Assembly (NCBI GenBank): GCA_036514715.1
Contig: DATBWR010000004.1
Coordinates: forward strand, 73,147-137,146
DNA: 64,000 bases
Reading direction: 5' to 3'
From: Candidatus Nanoarchaeia archaeon
GTDB taxonomy: Bacteria; Patescibacteriota; Microgenomatia; Woykebacterales; RBG-16-39-9b
Shown: one piece after another, positions 8,933-16,246 of the stretch
Layout of the letters: each line of letters begins with the position of its first letter
How positions within the stretch are numbered: the first letter of the stretch is position 1
Position numbers and translations under genes: made by a program
The notes under the pieces: model-generated
Database searches by the model: none
Told to the model about the DNA's origin: nothing
Seen by the model: the letters and a program-made list of their open reading frames with translations, nothing else

Positions 8933-9877
8933 TTGTTAGAATTAAGTAAAGTGGACCCTTCTTTAAACCGCAAAATCAATCAAGTTTTCCTCAAAATCAG
9001 CCGCCAAATTTACGAGAGTGATATGCGTAATGACGACACGCGTAGTTGGTGGCCTATCCGCCCGCCTCTTTTGGATCAACCACTTGTACCCTTTCTTTTC
9101 TCGGAGTTGATTCGACTTTTCAAAAAGGCAGAAGTAGAAAACATAAGTTCAAAAGAGCTGGCGAGTTTGTTTTCAAGGGAAATAATCGAAGACTTACAGT
9201 TCTTATGGCCCTCTTTAGGATGGAAGCCAAGTAACATAGCTTTTGAGGATAAACTTTTCCTAATTTCCAAACTGATAGAACTTTCAGAAACTTCTATAGC
9301 CCGAGAAAATTTTGTGAGCGTTTTTCAAAAATTGGCCAACGAGATTAAGGAAAGTAGCAACGAGAAGCCGAAAAATGTCTTAAGGGTTGGGACCAGACTT
9401 TATTTTGAATATCTGAAACCTCTTTACGGGCGTTTGAATGAAGATTGGGAGAAGTCTTTGCTAGAAGCAACGCGGCTGGTTTTAACGAAACAAAACGAGG
9501 TCACCGACCCTGGGCCTTGGGGAGATGCGAGTAAAGAGAAGGCAATTCGCAAGCTAGTGCGCAACAGCGATTTTCGCCGAGAAAAAGAAAAGGATCTGGA
9601 GCAGATCCTCCAAGGAGTTCCGGAAGTTCCTGGAATTGCCGAAGGGGTGGTTGGGGAAAATATCATTGTTGGTTTTACCATTGAATCTGTGCCTGAAAAT
9701 GTAGATGCTTTTATCACGGATATTGATGCTTTCAAAAATCTAGACAAAAAGAAAGAGTTGGAGGAAAAAGGTGTTGTTGTAGTGATTAAAACCAGAAACG
9801 GTTCCCACCAACTCAAAACTGGTGACAAAATCTGGGTCGACGGCACCAGCGGAATAGTATTCAAGATGGAAAAGTAG
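8933..9877 (+). CDS. Hypothetical protein with a degenerate C-terminal PEP-utiliser swivelling (mobile) domain
   Basis: LQGVPEVPGIAEGVV...LKTGDKIWVDGTSGIV resembles the mobile domain; the T-S-H-A-A motif is absent. Confidence 0.55.
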   Translation: MLELSKVDPSLNRKINQVFLKISRQIYESDMRNDDTRSWWPIRPPLLDQPLVPFLFSELIRLFKKAEVENISSKELASLFSREIIEDLQFLWPSLGWKPSNIAFEDKLFLISKLIELSETSIARENFVSVFQKLANEIKESSNEKPKNVLRVGTRLYFEYLKPLYGRLNEDWEKSLLEATRLVLTKQNEVTDPGPWGDASKEKAIRKLVRNSDFRREKEKDLEQILQGVPEVPGIAEGVVGENIIVGFTIESVPENVDAFITDIDAFKNLDKKKELEEKGVVVVIKTRNGSHQLKTGDKIWVDGTSGIVFKMEK

Positions 9878-9886
9878 ACTTCCCTT

Positions 9887-9922
9887 GGTCGCATTTTTAG
9901 GCGATAGCATTGATTTGCGACC
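9887..9922. repeat. 36-bp palindromic direct repeat, copy 1 (overlaps the -35 of the PaaX/Cas2-like gene)
   Basis: GGTCGCATTTTTAGGCGATAGCATTGATTTGCGACC; terminal IR GGTCGCA/TGCGACC; 27/36 identical to 10510-10545. Confidence 0.85.
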
Positions 9923-9947
9923 ATATTTCTGATAGCTTCTATTAACA

Positions 9948-10499
9948 ATGTCGGTTCAAGAAAACCCAACCACAAAAGTTATTTTAAGCTTGTTAGCAGC
10001 TGGAGCGGTTTTAGGAATATCCTTAATTACACCTGGGGTTCCAGGAGCCATCGTTAAATTAGGCAGGCAATTTAATCCTTACAGAAGAAAGAGACTGCGA
10101 GAAAATCTCAAAAGGTTGTCTGAGCAAGAACTAATTGGTTTTAGGGAAGAAAATGGGCAAACAGTTGTTACTTTGAGTGATAAGGGTAGACAAAGAGTCT
10201 TAAAATTTGACATCGATAGCGTACGAATTAAGAAGCCAAAAGCTTGGGATGGAAAGTGGAGAGTGGTGATTTTTGATATTCCAGAAAGTAAAAAGAGAGG
10301 GCGAGAAGCTTTGAGAAGAAAACTCAAAGAACTTGGTTTTTACCAGCTTCAAAAGAGCACCCTTCTTTACCCGTTTGAGTGTAAGGACGAAATAGATTTT
10401 ATTAAGGCTAACTGTGAGGTCAGTGACTATGTTAAGTATTTAGTGGTCGAAGAGTTGGAGGAGGCGGAATTCTTCCAAAACTGGTTCGATTTGGCTTGA
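9948..10499 (+). CDS. PaaX-like protein: winged-HTH plus Cas2/VapD-like domain
   Basis: RENLKRLSEQELI...LSDKG wHTH; WDGKWRVVIFDIPE...LRRKLKELGFYQLQKS Cas2-like domain. Confidence 0.8.
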   Translation: MSVQENPTTKVILSLLAAGAVLGISLITPGVPGAIVKLGRQFNPYRRKRLRENLKRLSEQELIGFREENGQTVVTLSDKGRQRVLKFDIDSVRIKKPKAWDGKWRVVIFDIPESKKRGREALRRKLKELGFYQLQKSTLLYPFECKDEIDFIKANCEVSDYVKYLVVEELEEAEFFQNWFDLA

Positions 10500-10509
10500 T
10501 TTTATAGAG

Positions 10510-10545
10510 GGTCGCAATTTTGAGCGATAGTATAATAATGCGACC
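10510..10545. repeat. 36-bp palindromic direct repeat, copy 2 (10 nt after the stop codon)
   Basis: GGTCGCAATTTTGAGCGATAGTATAATAATGCGACC. Confidence 0.85.
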
Positions 10546-10634
10546 TGTAAGTGGAGCATTAGGCTATTGCTTGAACGCTAGGTGTGCGCAGTAGCTAATG
10601 TCCTTAGCAACGCAAGCAAAGTGGCTCATAGTAC

Positions 10635-10663
10635 TTGACAAACACTTCAATCTGTGCTATAAT
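10635..10663 (+). promoter_or_regulatory. Consensus sigma70 promoter with extended -10
   Basis: TTGACA-17 bp-TATAAT, TGn before the -10. Confidence 0.85.
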
Positions 10664-10669
10664 AATTGC

Positions 10670-10860
10670 GTTGAACATTGAAAACCGAATATAAATTCGC
10701 CAGACGATAGGTATGGCGGTCAAGTACGGCTAAGGTCCTCCCCGATATCTCGGGGTTTCCTAAATATAGATACGGCCCCTTAAGTTACTCACGTTTTTCG
10801 CGTGGGTGATTTGAGGGGCCGTTTTTGTTTGGCCAAAATTAGCCAGCTGGCGAAAGCCAA
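10670..10860 (+). ncRNA. Putative structured leader or small RNA
   Basis: Follows the consensus promoter; stems CCCCGA/TCGGGG, ~22-bp stem 10772-10822, TTCGCCAG(10696)/CTGGCGAA(10847), TGGC-GAAA-GCCA. Confidence 0.5.
10772..10830 (+). terminator. Long intrinsic terminator/attenuator hairpin
   Basis: ACGGCCCCTTAAGTTACTCACG-loop-CGTGGGTGATTTGAGGGGCCGT followed by TTTTGTTT. Confidence 0.7.
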
Positions 10861-10877
10861 AAGAAAGGAACAGAGAA

Positions 10878-11135
10878 GTGAAAATGCTAGTTTGGGCGGT
10901 GCGCCGAAAGCTCGCAGGCACTGAGTGGTCTATGTCGTCCGGTAGGCGGGACTATGACTCCTTCTTCTACTTCTATTTCTGGAGAATAGTTTTCTTTCTA
11001 TTGCCTCAGAAAGTGGAGTGCAGGGAGTGCGGCAAGAAGTTTCTTGTGAAGAACATGTGCTGTACCGATTTGGAGTGTTACGGCCATTCGCATTGGGAGG
11101 AGGAAGAGGAGCAGGTAGTGGAGGAGCCTGGGTAA
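10878..11135 (+). CDS. Orphan small protein with a possible zinc ribbon and acidic tail
   Basis: AAGAAAGGAA leader, GTG start, CRECG...CCTDLEC..H.H, EEEEE. Confidence 0.55.
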   Translation: MKMLVWAVRRKLAGTEWSMSSGRRDYDSFFYFYFWRIVFFLLPQKVECRECGKKFLVKNMCCTDLECYGHSHWEEEEEQVVEEPG

Positions 11136-11150
11136 ACAAATCCTCCTCAA

Positions 11151-11235
11151 TCCTAAGAGAATCTCTCTTCACTTTGTTCAGAGTAAACTTGAGGTTTTCT
11201 TAGGAAAGAGTAGGAGCCAAAACAGTTCGTGCTCT
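11151..11235 (+). repeat. Intergenic two-hairpin element, copy 1
   Basis: TCCTAAG...GGTTTTCTTAGGAAAGAG...TTCGTGCTCT shared with 11738-11803. Confidence 0.7.
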
Positions 11236-11283
11236 TTAATTCAAAACGGCCAAAATTAGCCAAGAAAGGAAAGGAGAACCAAA

Positions 11284-11673
11284 ATGGTGAACAACGACAC
11301 CGAGGAAGTTGTCGAGAGGAACCGGGACTCGCTCATTGAAAGGGTTAAGCGATCGCATCCCTGGGCAGGTGAGGACAAGGATGAGGATTTCGTGTATATA
11401 GGAATAAGTCCGCTTGCATCGCCAGAGCCTTACCTTGCTGGCAACTTGATTATCGTCTCCCTCGACCCCAGGGATTTGGTGATCTGCGGTGTTCGGGTCT
11501 ATAGCGGCAAAGAATTCTTGCGGGATCACGGACTCTGGGGTCTCTGGAAGAAATGCCACAGCGGTAGCGAGGAAAGTCAAGTCGCTAACAAACGGCAACT
11601 GTTCCTCAAGCTCATCTCCATGGCTATACCAGACCTAAAGGAGACCACAGACCGAGGTTTGGAGGTAAGGTAA
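11284..11673 (+). CDS. Orphan hypothetical protein
   Basis: Strong AAGAAAGGAAAGGAG leader before the ATG; 129 aa; no recognised motif. Confidence 0.65.
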   Translation: MVNNDTEEVVERNRDSLIERVKRSHPWAGEDKDEDFVYIGISPLASPEPYLAGNLIIVSLDPRDLVICGVRVYSGKEFLRDHGLWGLWKKCHSGSEESQVANKRQLFLKLISMAIPDLKETTDRGLEVR

Positions 11674-11737
11674 CCTTTAGTTTCTTTCAGGTTGCGGGTG
11701 AAACTGCAACGGAAGTTCTTTAGCAAAAGAACTTAAG

Positions 11738-11803
11738 TTTCCTAAGCAAATCAGAAAACTGGTTTTCTTAGGAAAGAGCGTGAGTCAAAAGAATTCGTGC
11801 TCT
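11738..11803 (+). repeat. Intergenic two-hairpin element, copy 2
   Basis: TTTCCTAAG...GGTTTTCTTAGGAAAGAG...TTCGTGCTCT. Confidence 0.7.
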
Positions 11804-11825
11804 GCAAAAAAGAAAGGAGAAAGAA

Positions 11826-12137
11826 ATGGTTTCGACAGAACCCAAAATGGTGTCGGCGTTACGGTTGGTGGTGGCAGTACTTCATGTACTGGTCTACCAA
11901 CCAATTTTCAAAAATGAGTTTGGGGTTCTTGACGAGGAGTCCGAAGAAACATCAGTTATACTAGCGATTGCTTCCTTAACTGATGCGGAAACCGGAGAGA
12001 TAAAGAACAAGGGGAAAGTGGTCAATGTTTGGGAGGCAATCAAGGAGAATCCCAAATGGAAAGAGGCTTTCTCGACTGATGAAAAAAAGCAGGAGCTTTT
12101 GCGGATGCTTGATCTTCTCGAGAAGACAGGTCTCTAG
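11826..12137 (+). CDS. Orphan hypothetical protein
   Basis: AAGAAAGGAG leader; 103 aa; followed by a terminator. Confidence 0.65.
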   Translation: MVSTEPKMVSALRLVVAVLHVLVYQPIFKNEFGVLDEESEETSVILAIASLTDAETGEIKNKGKVVNVWEAIKENPKWKEAFSTDEKKQELLRMLDLLEKTGL

Positions 12138-12140
12138 CAG

Positions 12141-12183
12141 GTGGAGTCAAAGATCGAAAGATTGGCGACTCCACTTTTTTATT
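12141..12183 (+). terminator. Intrinsic terminator closing the orphan-gene unit
   Basis: GTGGAGTC...GACTCCAC followed by a T run. Confidence 0.7.
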
Positions 12184-12215
12184 CCTCAAAATATAGGAAT
12201 GATTATTCATATATT

Positions 12216-12647
12216 TTATTTCCGGTCATTCCAGTGTAGATCGCGCAGGAAAATTTGTGTCGTAACTGGCCCAACCCCTTTAAATTCTTGTAGTCTTTTT
12301 TCTAAATCTTTTTTATTTTTTGCTTGCTTTAATAAATTCGTAGCAGTGCTGTATTTTTCTTTTAAGGTTTTACAAACATCCAGTAGTTTGGTGGCGGTGG
12401 AAAAATCGTAACGAACGTAGTGGCCAGCGTCCAAAACCTCGACTAATTTGTCCCAACCAGCTTGAAGAATTGCTTCCGGAGTGGTCAAACCCTCTTTAAC
12501 AAATTCAAAATAAGTGCGTCTTGCAACTTCCTGTTGGATCGGTTTACCAAAAAGCAGACAAGCCAACAACCACTTAAAAAGTTCAGAGCCCTTCCCGGAA
12601 GAAAGGTCAATACCCAGTTCTTGAGAGTAAATCTTTCCTTTTGCCAC
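12216..12647 (-). CDS. HhH-GPD-like helix-hairpin-helix DNA-binding protein
   Basis: LFKWLLACLLFGKPI, GHYVRYD, LQEFKGVGPVT HhH motif. Confidence 0.7.
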   Translation of the reverse strand: MAKGKIYSQELGIDLSSGKGSELFKWLLACLLFGKPIQQEVARRTYFEFVKEGLTTPEAILQAGWDKLVEVLDAGHYVRYDFSTATKLLDVCKTLKEKYSTATNLLKQAKNKKDLEKRLQEFKGVGPVTTQIFLRDLHWNDRK

Positions 12648-12678
12648 TGGTTTATCGAGCCCCGTTCTCGTGATGGCT

Positions 12679-13833
12679 CTAGCGTAAGATCATCGATTTA
12701 ACCGTCAGGAAGTAGTTGAGGTCGGTCTGAGAAATAATTCCCACCAATTTTCCTCCTTCAAAGACAGGTAGAGAAGGCAAACGGCCTCTAGCCATAATTA
12801 TCAAGGCTTTTAAGACACTGGTTTCGGGCGTAACAACCTGATTTCGGGTGAGTTTGGTGGTGACATTTAAGATTTTAGTGGCCTTATTAACCAGTCCTTT
12901 TTTAGCTAAGCTGTCAACGTAGACCATACCGACCAACTTACCGTTCTCCATAACTGGGTAACCGGAGAGTTTATGTTTTAAAAAATAGTGTTCAAAGACA
13001 CTGTCTAGTTTTAAGTCTCCACCTAGACTAAAAACTTCTTTGGTCATTAACCCTTTAACTTTTATTCCGAGTAGAGCGTTTCTAAGTTCCGTTTGGGCAA
13101 CGGAAGCTCTGGCGATGAAGTTAAGAAAAAGTCCAAGTATTGCCAACCACAAACCGGAAAGGGCATTAACAAAAAAGAAGAGTGCTAAGCCCAAAAGAAC
13201 CAGTAACAACCCGATCATTGCCCCACCGGCAGCGGCGAATTTTGTTGCCAGAACTAAATCCTTTTTTACCGCCCAAACTGCAGAACGAAGAATTCTACCA
13301 CCATCCAGTGGGTATCCAGGGAGTAAGTTAAAAACGCCGACGCTAAAGTTAAAAAAAGCTAAGGCTCCAAGGACTGCTTGAAGTTGCAACGCCCAGTGGT
13401 TTACGGTTGCCAAGTTGAATAACACAAGATTGATCGCTCCAATCGTGAAGCTTGCCAGTGGGCCCGCGATTGCCATCCTAAATTCTACTGATGGGTTTTT
13501 GGGTTCGTCGGAAAGTTGGGCTGCACCACCAAAGACAAAGAGAGTGATGCGCTCAACCTTTAAGCCAAGGCGGTTAGCTACAACTGAGTGGCTCAACTCA
13601 TGTACCAATGCAGAGACAAAGAACAAAATAGTGGTGATTATACCAAGGACAGCGTAGGTTAAAGGATCAAATTTAGGATAGTTTCCAGGAAAATAGTTAC
13701 TTGAAAGCGAGAAGCTAATTAAAGCGAAAACTACGAACCAGGAATAATCAATCCGGATAGTGATGCCAAATATTTTTCCTAAGGTAATTCCGTCTCCAAA
13801 CAACATATTCTTATTCTTACTATTAACAACCAA
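12679..13833 (-). CDS. Site-2 (M50) intramembrane metalloprotease with tandem CBS domains
   Basis: HELSH, AGP, NLLPGYPLDGG; C-terminal CBS pair. Confidence 0.9.
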   Translation of the reverse strand: MVVNSKNKNMLFGDGITLGKIFGITIRIDYSWFVVFALISFSLSSNYFPGNYPKFDPLTYAVLGIITTILFFVSALVHELSHSVVANRLGLKVERITLFVFGGAAQLSDEPKNPSVEFRMAIAGPLASFTIGAINLVLFNLATVNHWALQLQAVLGALAFFNFSVGVFNLLPGYPLDGGRILRSAVWAVKKDLVLATKFAAAGGAMIGLLLVLLGLALFFFVNALSGLWLAILGLFLNFIARASVAQTELRNALLGIKVKGLMTKEVFSLGGDLKLDSVFEHYFLKHKLSGYPVMENGKLVGMVYVDSLAKKGLVNKATKILNVTTKLTRNQVVTPETSVLKALIIMARGRLPSLPVFEGGKLVGIISQTDLNYFLTVKSMILR

Positions 13834-14224
13834 AAATTATTTCTCTTTTCTCCGGACCGTTAAGTTCTACCAGAACGATTTTTTGGTAATCGCCTAAAAC
13901 TAACTTACCATCCTCTACTGGCACTACCAAGGAAGGTCCAAGAAAGGACGCCATAAAGTGAGATGGCATATGTACTGCTGTGTGGGTGTGTTCATATTTC
14001 AGTCGGGGAGACTCCTTCTTAGGTATTGGTATCTCAAAAGCGTCAAAGATCTCAAGCTCTGATTCTGGATTTAAGTCTGCCGTGGTTAGACCGGCGGTTG
14101 TGTGTTTGAGAAATAGATGGCAAAAACCATCTTTTTTGTTAGCCTTTGTTATCAACTCTTGAACTTCTTGAGTAATGTCTACCATTTCCCTTTCTTTTTT
14201 GGTTTTGATGTTAATCTTTTCCAT
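13823..14224 (-). CDS. YjbQ/UPF0047 family protein
   Basis: DITQEV, HTTAGL, SH, LVLGDYQKIVLVELNGP. Confidence 0.85.
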   Translation of the reverse strand: MEKINIKTKKEREMVDITQEVQELITKANKKDGFCHLFLKHTTAGLTTADLNPESELEIFDAFEIPIPKKESPRLKYEHTHTAVHMPSHFMASFLGPSLVVPVEDGKLVLGDYQKIVLVELNGPEKREIIFGC

Positions 14225-14246
14225 ACAGCACTCCTTTCACGCTTTT

Positions 14247-14546
14247 CTAATGTGGGACTATAATCTCACCAAGCACAAACCAAAGAACAAAAAAGCCCAT
14301 TAAAGTGGCTATAAAAACAAAAACCGACCGTTCCTTATACCTCCAGATACTGATAATTCCGGTAAAGAAGGCAGCTATAGCAGAAGCCCCTGCACTAAGC
14401 ATGGGGATACTAATTGTCGGGTTGTCAAAAAAAGTTTCCCCGCCACTCTGTCCCAGCACGGAGACAACAAACATGCCGGTTGCAAGTAGCAGAAAGAAGG
14501 CAATAATCAAGCCAACCGACCATTTTCCTAATAAAGTTTTTGGCAC
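14247..14546 (-). CDS. Small 3-TM hypothetical membrane protein
   Basis: Hydrophobic ORF, PKTLLGKWS start, KERS and GE..VPH motifs. Confidence 0.6.
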   Translation of the reverse strand: MPKTLLGKWSVGLIIAFFLLLATGMFVVSVLGQSGGETFFDNPTISIPMLSAGASAIAAFFTGIISIWRYKERSVFVFIATLMGFFVLWFVLGEIIVPH

Positions 14547-14671
14547 CTTAGACCAACCCTTTCCAAGTTTAAGATAAAATTTAACTCTTCCTTAACTCCC
14601 CATCTCTCCCAACTCCCATTTAACTTAACTCAGAAAGAATATAGGCGCAGTGATCAAAAAGGGGGAAAGAT

Positions 14672-14687
14672 TGTAATAATTGTCACA
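14672..14687. promoter_or_regulatory. CRP-type binding site
   Basis: TGTAA-N6-TCACA between the divergent genes upstream of the Crp/Fnr regulator. Confidence 0.55.
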
Positions 14688-14791
14688 CTTTCAGTGTGTT
14701 TCTAGGAAGAAAGCACAGTTTTTTGCTATACTCTCCCAGAGTACAGAGCGCTAAGCAATCTTAGCTCAAAAAGCGTTCTATACTGCTGAAC

Positions 14792-15457
14792 ATGGAAGCG
14801 GCTGTTTTAAAAAAATTGGAAAATTTTTTCGGCCAATTTAAGAGCGTAAATTACAAGAAGAACGAAATAATCCTGCGAGCAGGGGAACCTATCTTTGGTG
14901 TTTTTTACCTTAAGAAAGGTTACGTCCGACAATACATAATTTCTGAAGAAGGAGAGGAAGTTACGATCCATATTTACCAGCCACCCGCCTTTTTCCCAAC
15001 CATGCTAGTGATTAATAGTATTCCAAACCGCTATTACTTTGAAGCCGAAACTGTTGTAGAAACTAGACGGGCTGATCCTGGGAAGGTGGTTGAGTTTCTT
15101 GAAACCAACCCGGACGTGCTTTTTGATTTAGCCAGCCGCTTTGCCGACGCGGTCGTGGGTTTATCGCGTCGGATTGAAACCTTGGCAATTGGCAACACTT
15201 ACGCCAAAGTGCTTTCGCTAATTGATTACTTGAACAAGCGTTTTGGGGAAACAGAAGGAAAGACCGTAACCATTAGTTTGCCAGTTACACATAACGACAT
15301 TGCTGCTTGGGTAGGTGCAAAAAGAGAGACCGTCAGCCGCCAAATTGAAAAGATGATTAAAAAAGAACTTATTGAACACAAACATCACCTACTAGTAATA
15401 AAAAATAAGACAAAGTTTGCCGACGAATTGAAGGAGTTTCAGGGCGAAGAAGAATAA
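14792..15457 (+). CDS. Crp/Fnr family transcriptional regulator
   Basis: cNMP-binding beta-roll; C-terminal HTH THNDIAAWVGAKRETVSR. Confidence 0.92.
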   Translation: MEAAVLKKLENFFGQFKSVNYKKNEIILRAGEPIFGVFYLKKGYVRQYIISEEGEEVTIHIYQPPAFFPTMLVINSIPNRYYFEAETVVETRRADPGKVVEFLETNPDVLFDLASRFADAVVGLSRRIETLAIGNTYAKVLSLIDYLNKRFGETEGKTVTISLPVTHNDIAAWVGAKRETVSRQIEKMIKKELIEHKHHLLVIKNKTKFADELKEFQGEEE

Positions 15458-15460
15458 TCT

Positions 15461-15820
15461 TCACCCCACCTTAGAGCTGGTTAAAGTGATAGCCTCTTTA
15501 GTAGGCTTAATTTGAACTTTATTTTGAGCACTTTTGGGTAGATCATCTGATAATAAATAACCCTGCCATAAACCCTCACCAACTGAGAGTTCTAAGTGAA
15601 GAAGATCTGTTAAGTTTGGTTCGTCTTTAACTTCATAGAGACGGTATTTTCCCAGAGATAAAACATGGTTACCGTCAGTCGATTGCTCATGACGGGTTTG
15701 CAGTTTATTAAGCTTGTTATCAATCCAAGCAAAGGACTGCGCTTTGTCCAAGGTCAAGATTTTTCCCGGGCCTTTGGTTTTAACTAAACTGTAGGTACCT
15801 TGATTGATGATTTTAATCAT
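15461..15820 (-). CDS. Hypothetical protein
   Basis: 119-aa ATG-start ORF filling the gap; GKYRLYEVKDEP..DLLHLEL...WQGYLL. Confidence 0.6.
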   Translation of the reverse strand: MIKIINQGTYSLVKTKGPGKILTLDKAQSFAWIDNKLNKLQTRHEQSTDGNHVLSLGKYRLYEVKDEPNLTDLLHLELSVGEGLWQGYLLSDDLPKSAQNKVQIKPTKEAITLTSSKVG

Positions 15821-15853
15821 ATGAAAACCATAGACCCTTAAAAGGGGTTAGTA

Positions 15854-15869
15854 AGTGATATTGATCACA
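15854..15869. promoter_or_regulatory. CRP-type binding site
   Basis: AGTGA-TATTGA-TCACA (9/10 match to TGTGA-N6-TCACA). Confidence 0.65.
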
Positions 15870-15925
15870 ACTAATAGTTGCCAAAGATCACTGCAAACCT
15901 TATTGATTTGTGTTAATTTAAGATT

Positions 15926-16206
15926 GAAAGGAATCGGTGAGCACCTTTAAAAGATGAGCAGTTAGCCCCGAGTGGAGTTAGGAAAACTAACACAATAAAT
16001 TGTCTATGGAGTTCGGGGTTCCCGAAGTTTCCAAGACCCGTGGGTTTTGGAACAGACTCCACCTTTTGACACCAGGGTTAGTAAACTCGACCAGGAGGGG
16101 CAAAAGAAAGTCAGGAGTGGTGATTTCCGAAGTCCTTACGGGACGGATCCGAAAGGGTTCCCAGAAAAGCGCGAGTGACTTCGGAGTAACCACCCTTTCT
16201 TTGTTT
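15926..16206 (+). ncRNA. Putative unclassified ~270-nt structured RNA
   Basis: GC-rich intergenic region with many stems, a GAAA tetraloop and a closing ~18-bp stem followed by a U-rich tract. Confidence 0.6.
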
Positions 16207-16246
16207 GCTTATTGCTTTTGACCCGCGAAAGGTTAAAATTTCATTT

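Noticed and set aside
9424-9975. 183-aa antisense ORF and the many other shadow ORFs opposite real genes
   Set aside because: They overlap well-supported genes on the other strand or frame and lack protein-like motifs
9887-10545. CRISPR array or CRISPR-Cas locus
   Set aside because: Only two degenerate repeats 587 bp apart, no spacer-sized units, and no cas1 or effector genes in the window
14581-14632. Repeated (T)AACTC(C) words
   Set aside because: Irregular spacing and low complexity; not a convincing iteron or array
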